Shown piece by piece: positions 56,029-64,000 of a stretch of DNA of 64,000 nucleotides. Both the position numbers and the translations under genes were made by a program. This DNA is from Macrostomum lignano (Eukaryota): the NCBI GenBank assembly GCA_002269645.1, contig NIVC01001200.1, positions 186,001 through 250,000 on the forward strand. The letters run 5' to 3'. Every line of letters begins with the position of its first letter. Positions within the stretch are counted from its first letter, which is position 1. The notes below the pieces were generated by a model. That model saw only the letters and a program-made list of their open reading frames with translations. It had not been told where the DNA came from and made no database searches.

Positions 56029-57835
56029 GGCAAACAGACAGAGAGACAGACAGACACACAGACAGACACTAAGACAAACAGCATCCATTTTAAGAGAGTC
56101 ACTGCTACTGCTACTGTAAACACAAAGACAGACAGACAGACAGACAGACAGACAGGCAGACAGGCAGACAGGCAGACACACACAGACAGACAGACAGACA
56201 GATAGGCAGATAGACAGACAGGCAGGCAGACAGGCAGGCAGATAGGCAGACAGACAGGCAGGCAGACAGGCAGGCAGATAGGCAGACAGACAGGCAGGCA
56301 GATGGGCAGGCAGACAGGCAGGCAGACAGGCAGGCAGACAGGCAGAGCGCACAAACCCGAGCACTGGCGAGCTCCTCCGACTTGCTCTTGTAGTAAAACA
56401 GGAACGAAGACAGAATGTCGAAGATGCAGCTGCCCAGGGGATACTCGCTAGGCGGCAGGAACGGCACGATGCTCAGCGACTCAACGATGGTGGAAACAGC
56501 TCTGGGCTGGTGCCGCAGCAGGTGCGTCATTCCGAAGCTGTTGTCGCAGAACTTGCGCAGACTCAGCAGGGTGTTGTGGCAGGCCTTGCGCCACAGCACC
56601 GCCTGGGGGATCGGAGGGGAATTCAGCTGCTCAAACTCATTTATATCATTGTGAGCTAGTCACTCAGATTCCAAAAACACCAGGATCCCCACACCCTCAG
56701 ATACCCACACCCCCAGATACCCACACCGATTGATGATACCCACACTTCCGATACCCACAGCCCCAGATACCCACACCCCCAGATACACACCCTCAGATAC
56801 CCACACCCCCAGATATCCACACCCCTTGATACCCACACCCCCAGATACCCACACTTCAGATACCCACTTCCCCAGATACCCACTTCCCCAGATACCCACT
56901 TCCCCAGATACCCACTTCCCCAGATACCCACACCCTCAGATACCCACTTCCCCAGATACCCACTTCCCCAGATACCCACACCCTCAGATACCCACACCCC
57001 CTGATACCCACACCCCAGCTACACCCCTCACTCAGCTAAAAAAACCTCAAGATCACAGCCTCATTAGGTCCCAGCCTCATCAGGTCCCAGCCTCATCAGG
57101 TCCCAGCCTTCATCAGGTCCCAGACTCATCAGGTCCCAGCCTCATCAGGTCCCAGCTTTCATCAGGTCCCAGCCTCATCAGGTCCCAGACTCATGACGTC
57201 TCAGCCTCCTCAGGTCCCAGCCTCATCAGGTCCCAGACTCATCAGGTCCCAGCCTCATCAGGTCCCAGTCTTATCAGATCCCAGCCTCATCAGGTCCCAG
57301 CCCGACCCAAACGAACCTCCTTGCCCTGCTCCCCGGCCGCCAGCACCACGGACCTGGCGCAGTGCTCCAACAGCTGCGTCAGCGCCATTAGGCCGCCGGC
57401 ATCGGCGAAGCGCCGCACATCCGAGATGGTCAGCGTGGCCATGTGCATTCGCAGCTGCGAGGCGCCCCGGTCCGCCTCCTCGGCCGAGGGGCCGTCTGGC
57501 CGGCCGGCGAGCCGCTTCAGCAGCGTCAGACAGGTGGCGAAGTCAGACTGGGCGCTCTGCTTGTGCTCCTTGTAGTTGTGCAGCATCACGGCCAGGGCGC
57601 GCCTGTCCTTGTTCTGGAAGGAGCGCTCGTCCAGGTTGAGGTCCTGGATCATATCGGCCAGCGCAGTCTCCAGCTCCTCCGGGCTCATCGGCGCCCGCTG
57701 GTGCAGCATCGACTGCTGCTGTTGCTGGGGCTTCTCCGTGGCAAAGGCCGACTCTGAGGATGAGCTGCCGCGGCGGAACAGCGGGCCGCCACTGACGCCG
57801 CCGCCGCCGCCTTTCTTTCGCTCTTTAATTGACAT
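49176..57835 (-). CDS. DIAPH: Diaphanous-related formin (GBD-FH3-FH1-FH2-DAD), about 1171 aa; exons 57835-57317, 56602-56357, 55143-54709, 54408-53865, 52880-52642, 52189-51885, 51134-50882, 50795-50463, 49817-49176
   Basis: GBD-like [10 protein letters not shown]; FH3-like FVNTLL...HRMAVRTEL; poly-Pro FH1; FH2 [21 protein letters not shown]; [19 protein letters not shown]. All eight introns are GT-AG and phase-compatible. An upstream exon is possible. Confidence 0.88.
49890..50462. repeat. 20-bp minisatellite starting at the formin splice donor
   Basis: Minus-strand unit GTGGGGCACTGAGGGTCTGG. Confidence 0.95.
51170..51805. repeat. 30-bp intronic minisatellite (formin)
   Basis: Unit CCTTGAACTGACCCATTGGGATTTGGGAGT. 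Confidence 0.95.
52345..52540 (-). mobile_element. tRNA-derived CORE-type SINE in a formin intron
   Basis: tRNA head with TTGCCTAGTGG and GGTTCGACTCC boxes, then GAGCAAGACAGTTAACTCTGCATTTCTTCAGTTCACCCAGCTGTAAAATGGG, resembling the MIR CORE domain. Confidence 0.8.
52912..53825. repeat. About 29-bp intronic minisatellite with higher-order structure (formin)
   Basis: Unit CAGCAACTGAGGATCTGGGAGGCTGGCC, with repeating blocks of variants. Confidence 0.95.
54409..54600. repeat. 29-30 bp array of splice-acceptor-like units (formin)
   Basis: Minus-strand unit GAGCAGCAATTCCCGGTTTTCCCTTCCAG; the last unit provides the inferred acceptor. Confidence 0.9.
55215..56345. repeat. (GACA)n/(GGCA)n compound microsatellite in a formin intron
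   Basis: Contains the 34-bp header at 56078-56111. Confidence 0.95.
56680..57300. repeat. Two adjacent 16-bp minisatellites in formin intron 1
   Basis: CCCAGATACCCACACC (about 56680-57010) and CTCATCAGGTCCCAGC (about 57060-57300). Confidence 0.93.
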
Positions 57836-57859
57836 CTGCGACTTCTTGGCTGCGGGGAT

Positions 57860-58790
57860 GGATAGGAAATTCCTGAAGGGAGATGGACGATTCCTGAAGG
57901 GAGATTAACGATTCCTGAAGGGATATTAACGATTCCTGAAGGGATATGGACGATTCTTGAAGAGAGGATGAGCGACTCTTGAAGGGAGGATGGGGCGATT
58001 CTTTTACGGAGGATGGGGCGATTCTTGCAGGGAGAGTGGGCGATTCTTGCAGGGAGAGTGGGCGATTCTTGCAGGGAGAGTGGGCGATTCTTGCAGGGAG
58101 AGTGGGCGATTCTTGCAGGGAGAGTGGGCGATTCTTGCAGGGAGAGTGGGCGATTCTTGCAAGTAGGATGGGCGATTTTTGCAGGGAGGGTGGGCGATTC
58201 TTACAGGGAGGGTGGGCGATTCTTGCAGGGAGAGTGGGCGATTCTTGCAGGGAGGGTGGGCGATTCTTGCAGGGAAAGTGGGCGATTCTTGCAGGGAGGA
58301 TGGGGCGATTCTTGCAGGGAGAGTGGGCGATTCTTGCACGGAGAGTGGGCGATTCTTGCAGGGAGAGTGGGCGATTCTTGCAGGGAGGGTGGGGCGATTC
58401 TTGCAGGGAGAGTTGGCGATTCTTGCAGGGAGAGTGGGCGATTCTTGCAGGGAGGGTGGGCGATTCTTGCAGGGAGAGTGGGCGATTCTTACAGGGAGGG
58501 TGGGCGATTCTTGCAGGGAGAGTGGGCGATTCTTGCAGGGAGAGTGGGCGATTCTTGCAGGGAGGGTGGGCGATTCTTGCAGGGAAAGTGGGCGATTCTT
58601 GCAGGGAGAGTGGGCGATTCTTGCAGGGAGAGTGGGCGATTCTTGCAGGGAGGATGGGGCGATTCTTGCAGGGAGGATGGGGCGATTCTTGCAGGGAGGA
58701 TGGGGCGATTCTTGCAGGGAGGATGGGGCGATTCTTGCAGGGAGAGTGGGCGATTCTTACAGGGAGGATGAGCGATTGTTAGAGGAAGAA
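57860..58790. repeat. 22-bp minisatellite upstream of the formin start exon
   Basis: Unit GATTCTTGCAGGGAGAGTGGGC. Confidence 0.95.
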
Positions 58791-61700
58791 TGGGAGATTC
58801 TTAAAGGTTAGGAGATTAGACTGATAATATTGGGATAAAATACCAGTCATCTTATGCTATCTTACTCTAATCTAAGTACACGACGCAACGCTCCTAGGAA
58901 AATCAACGAAGCCCTGTGCCGTGCAGTAGTAAAATTTCGATAGCTTTGGCTTTTTGTCTCTTCGTCTACTTCCAGTAGCATATTTGCCGTGTGATTTTCA
59001 AACTTCATGTAGCATGAAAAGAAGGGCCAGATCTGCCAGAAGCCAGAGGAACCATGCTAATCTTAGCTACCCACGGCTGGCGAAGCGGAAAATCACGTGG
59101 GGGCCAATTAGACCAGGGAGAGCGAGACCAAGTAGACGCGCTAATTATTATCAGGAGACTCAATTTCCCGAAAAAGGCCTAAGTCTGGGGAGTGTAAGCC
59201 GAAAGAGTATGGAACACCACTCTAAATGAAATATTAATTCAGGAAACCAAGCCACGAATGACGCGATGCAGTCTGACATTTTCTTACACCCCGACGGATC
59301 AATCGATGAGCTGTCAGCTCAGCCTGAGCACACACGAACCCGGGAAGATGGCGGGCTAACAGGGAGCAGGTTGGCAGAGGCGCAGAAATTCAAACTGACA
59401 CTGGGCGTGCATCGATCCCGAGTCGGGAGTAGGCTAGCAAAACTATTTTTACCGAAGCGTCTTCCCGACACTAGCAAGCACAGACGGGCAGAAAGTGGTG
59501 GCCAAGTGGGTGGAGTGGTGGGCCAAGACAGCAGAAACCCGATAGCTACTCCGAAACAGTAAATCAGGAAATTATCACCAAGTAGGCAAGAAGCACGCAA
59601 ACAGCGCTGTGAATTTGATACTAATTCTATTAATGTAGATATTGTTTCGAATGGTGCGTCAAACAGTTGCTTACTAGGAGCGTAGTGTCCTCATTAGTGT
59701 GCTCATCATAGCAGCAGTGGTAAATGGCATAAAATTATTCAATCCCGTGATTACGTCATCAGACGCCGACTGACACAAGAGACTATGTTCTGAGAAAGAT
59801 GAAAATAATATTGTTATTAGTCAGGCCTCAAGCCTAAGAAATAAGCGACCAGACGGCAAAGGAGAGCCGCAAGGCACGGAAGAGGAAACGCAAAGATTCC
59901 GCAGCTGTGGGAGCGGAATTCGGGTCAGCTCGGGCCACGACCCTCGGCTGCAGGGTAGACATGGGAGAAGGCGACGCCAGGCCCAGGGGAACAGGCAGGA
60001 TGAATGTGAGGCCAAGAATGCGCCGCGCAGCGCTTGCGCCAGGGGAGGGCGCACAGCTCGCATGGCACCGACACCGCACCGGCCAGCATCCGCCTGCATC
60101 ACAAGGGGCAGCTATCCTGCTTTCAAATTTGCTTCACTTCTGTCAGGTCCCAACAAAGTTGAAGACAGCACCGCCTTTGATGCGAAAATGTGAAGCCCCG
60201 AAAACTTCGCCTAGCAAAGGCTAGGTAAAGCAGGAAAGTGCATCCAGCCGCTTGAAAAATTACGATCATGGATTGATCACCAGAGGCAGAGTTTTCATCA
60301 AAATTGACAATTCGATGATTTATTTTCGCTGACCGAATCTGAATGAAATGCGCTATGTTGCAGATTGCAGACACGAACTACCTGTCCGTTATGGCTGGCC
60401 AGAAACTAGACTAGCGTTGTAAATCTTTGCGAAATTGCAGCGCAGGCCAGATGCACTTACACAGGACACCCCGCCGGACACGGTCGCGCAGAGTGCCACC
60501 AGCGGACTGATCGGCCATTTTCTAGTCGAACCCTTCCCGGTCTGCGCCCGGTTGCTCCCCTACAGGACGCCAACTAAGATTGATAAAGAACTATTCGTCT
60601 ATCGCTTCGAAAATCTCTTCAATGCTTTAAAATAAAGTCTCCAGGGCTCGCAGGTTTTGCAGCGCAGATCGTCTACTAAGAGAAACGTTGGGCCGAAAAA
60701 AACGCAAGGAAAAAAAGAAACTGATTCGCCAACCCCAGCCGCTAGGGGCCCGCGTGTTTATACAGAAAGCCCGAAGGGGCATTTGCAATTCGAATAAACA
60801 AGGCGCACAGGCGGTCACAGTTAGAGTGAAGGAACCTTCCGCACACCGGGGAACTAAATATAGAGACAAGAAATATGCCAAGTTTAACCTGCAGTACGGA
60901 TTGCCTTAGCAATGGCTCGGTAGCCAGTTTTTCGCAGTTAGCAAGTTTAGGGCAGAATTTTAACTGACACGACACAATGTACTCGTAGCTGTCATCGCAG
61001 CAAAAAACGGTTAATGTGTCGTGATTTAGCCACCACAAATAGTTGTCACTACTGCAACTATGATGCAGCTGAAAGCTACCTTACCTGCTGTAGCATATAT
61101 TTTTTAATGCTTCATACCTGAGCATAGAGACACGTTGCTTACAAAATGATAGCTATAGCACGTATCAAATATTGCAAAATCATCGTATCGTTTTTTATCT
61201 ATAAATGTACATTTCGCTCTATATGTACTTTAACGCTAATAAATATATCGGTTACAGCATACATGTGGTGTCAATAAATGTATAGCCTAAATATTCGACA
61301 ATAAAGGTATAATTTATTAGTCACAGGCCAAAAAATGATAAAACAACTAACAAAACTACTGCAACACAAGGAAACATGGAAACATAATTTATTTGAGATT
61401 GTTACTTAAGAAAAGTTTAGAAATAACTTTTTCTCTAGCAGCTGTTACTCGAAAGAGTAAAGTAAAAGCTGCAAGTACAGGTGCAAAATTAGAAGCAGAA
61501 ACTATACTAGCGATATTTCCGACTCAATGCTCTACTCGCCCGGGGTTAGTTAAAACCAGCAATTTAGCCCTCTCGCATCAAGTCAAGAGGTTGGGATGCG
61601 AGGCGCTGACACGGAGAATAATGAGCGCTAAGCAGGCGGAGCAAACAAACTTGGGCCGGCTTTAAGCACTCGGCACACTACACCGAGGAAGCAAACGTGC

Positions 61701-64000
61701 AGAGACGAGATGAAGAACAGCCAGCAGCATCAGCAGCGGCAGGGTAGCTGTGGGAAAAAGAAGCAGAAGCGAAAGAGGAGGCTGGGCGGGCGAGTGGAGA
61801 CTGCGGACTGCTGGATCGATACCAACTTGCAGTGCACACCTTTCCTTCTAGAGTTGCCGGTGTGGAGGGCCAGCCAAGACAAGAAAAACGCAGATGAAGC
61901 GGCTGTCTGGGAGACTGGCGCAGATAGCAGCTAAAGGGAAATGGAGAGGAGGAGAGCGGGTGCGAGGTCGAGCCGTTAAGACGAAAGCGTTGGGATTTCG
62001 TAGCAGTGCTGGGGACTATGACCCGGCCAGCGTAGCGGATTAGCATTTTTAGATCCCCATCCTAATTGAATCTCGGGCCAGGGGATTTCCAGGAAGAAGG
62101 GTGGCAGGCGAATGGATTATTACTAACGGCCTGGGAAAAGGCCGCTTTTTTGCATGGCTGCCATCCACCGGTTCGCTGGCCTCGCAGCAAAATTTTATGA
62201 GCACGAACCGCTGCAGGCAATGCGGCCTCTCACCTATTCTATCTTGAAAGGGAAACAGGCTGCTGCTGGAAGCGAGTCATCAATTATGAGCCACGAGGCC
62301 GACCCGCTCGCGACCAGAAGTGGCCCTCAGGGCCAGCGGGCCAGCGAAAGTGCGCCTGCGTCTCAAGTTACGGCATAAAGCCGGTTGGATGGCCAACAGC
62401 GCACAAGTGCCCCCCCCCCCCAACAACCCGAAAGGGATGGCTGCTAGCCGCCAGGACGAGAGCCGGTCAGGAGCCAAAATAAAGTCAAACAATGGACTAT
62501 GGCTGCGAACCTGGCTGGGACCATGGAGGATGCTTTGGCAATACAAGCGATTTTTATTCATCATCAAAAGTAGGATTAATAAATAGGCAAAAGTCACGAA
62601 AGCTAAAGTTTTACTTTCTTCCTAAAAGCTGCGCAGCATTAGTAGTTTGAAAAATGGCTGACACGTCTCTTCTTCCATACACAGTTAACACCATATTTTT
62701 CAACTTCAGCGCTTTTGTGTCAGTCAAGCTGGTCAATCTGACATCTCTGTAGTCACAAAAGTTGCAAGATTTTTGTGCCAAGCATATTTTAATATTTTAG
62801 GTAAATAGATGGTCAAGTAAGCTTGGACAATTGAAGACGGCAAAAATTATAAGGCAGGATTAAAAGCCACTATGACTTACAATGGAGTTTAACTTCTTGA
62901 CAATTTCCATAAGTACAGGAAGCTTCAATGAAGAGCAGGTGGACTTGGTACAAAAAGTACACAGTGATTCTTTATAACTGAAGGGAAGCAAAAGTCGATA
63001 GGCCTAAGTTTCCAATTTATCGGAGTTCATTTCACCACTGACCGCTGATTGACCGACGGAAAGCTTTTCAGATCCTAGACCTTGATCGAGTCGATAATAT
63101 GGAAATGGAAATGGTTTTCTCAGTTAGTCTTTCTCATCTGTGTCTGAATCGAACTAAGAGGGCCGGGAGCCAACTATCGCATACGCTAAAAATAGCATAG
63201 CTTTAATGAGTCGGCCGCTGCACTCCACAGTCCAGCCAGCCTTCTGTGAAGGTCAATTTATGCAAGCTAGTAACTGAAAAGTTTGCAGCAAGATGTGGAT
63301 TCAAGGCCAGATGGGCGCAACAGAAACTGATGTTTTCCATCAACAGATTCGAACCATCAAGTGGTTTTCACTATTAAGTGGGCAAAAACAAAGGGAAATG
63401 CAACTTCTGCACATCAACACGAGAGCGTACAGTGCAGTGCAACGGGATTTTTACTGGGTGGGCGATAACTGCATGCACTGCGTACGATCTGCTTCCAATC
63501 TGGTCGGAACGGAGTCGCTTGACCTACACGGCTTGTGCGCACAAATTGAACCGTTGCTGCAATCGATCAAAGCCACTTTTTGCAATACAGAAATGCTTGC
63601 CAGTCGATACACAGAGCTTTTGCATTCATTCTGTGTTGTTCCGAATGCCCGATTCTCCCACGCAAGAACGTGCTGGCCAGCTGCGATGGTGCCCCTCGCC
63701 ATCAGTCAGCAAGATGCACTTCTGTTCGCTACTCGTATTTCACGAGAGAAAAATCTTCAACCCAAAACTGACTGACTTATCGCATTGCGACCAAACGGAA
63801 GATTATCTCAGCAGACGGACGTATCTTTCGTGGGGTTTAGAACTGGATATGGGATCACTTTGGCCTTCAATCCCGCACATTGCTAGCACAAGAAATAGAA
63901 ATCGACCTGGATTTAATAATGAATAATTCATTAACCAACGTGACAAACGCACTGAGATTTCCGACTACATGCTCTAATATTATGTGCGCGGCCATAATCA

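Noticed and set aside
59800-62600. GC-rich patches with decayed-coding appearance
   Set aside because: Multiple stops and frameshifts, and no recognisable motif to assign a family.
63293-63775. 160-aa ORF
   Set aside because: No recognisable domain and no coherent exon chain; could be real but cannot be supported from the sequence alone.

Overview
Eukaryotic, repeat-rich genomic DNA. The GC-rich exons, minisatellite-filled introns and TE mix resemble a free-living flatworm such as Macrostomum (inference, not verified). Spliced genes assembled by eye: a 109-aa secreted 12-Cys protein (-), DIS3L2 (+, 9 exons, with an in-frame TGA and a frame-preserving 41-bp exonic repeat), two tandem PAN+LamG-like secreted-protein paralogs (+), a C1GALT1-like galactosyltransferase (-) and a Diaphanous-type formin (-, 9 exons). 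There are also two head-to-head intronless orphan ORFs and an ankyrin exon. Mobile DNA: a 5'-inverted LINE with TSD, a Penelope fragment, tRNA/CORE-SINEs, a LINE 3' end, a decayed Gypsy element and a DIRS/Ngaro-type element. The most notable locus is the DIRS/Ngaro element. Its gag ends in a canonical -1 frameshift signal leading into one stop-free ORF that joins DIRS RT/RNase H, Gypsy RT/RNase H/integrase and an unrelated tail. A recurring theme is tandem arrays seeded from functional signals (SINE A box, splice donor, splice acceptor, exon). No database searches were run; all exon coordinates are manual.
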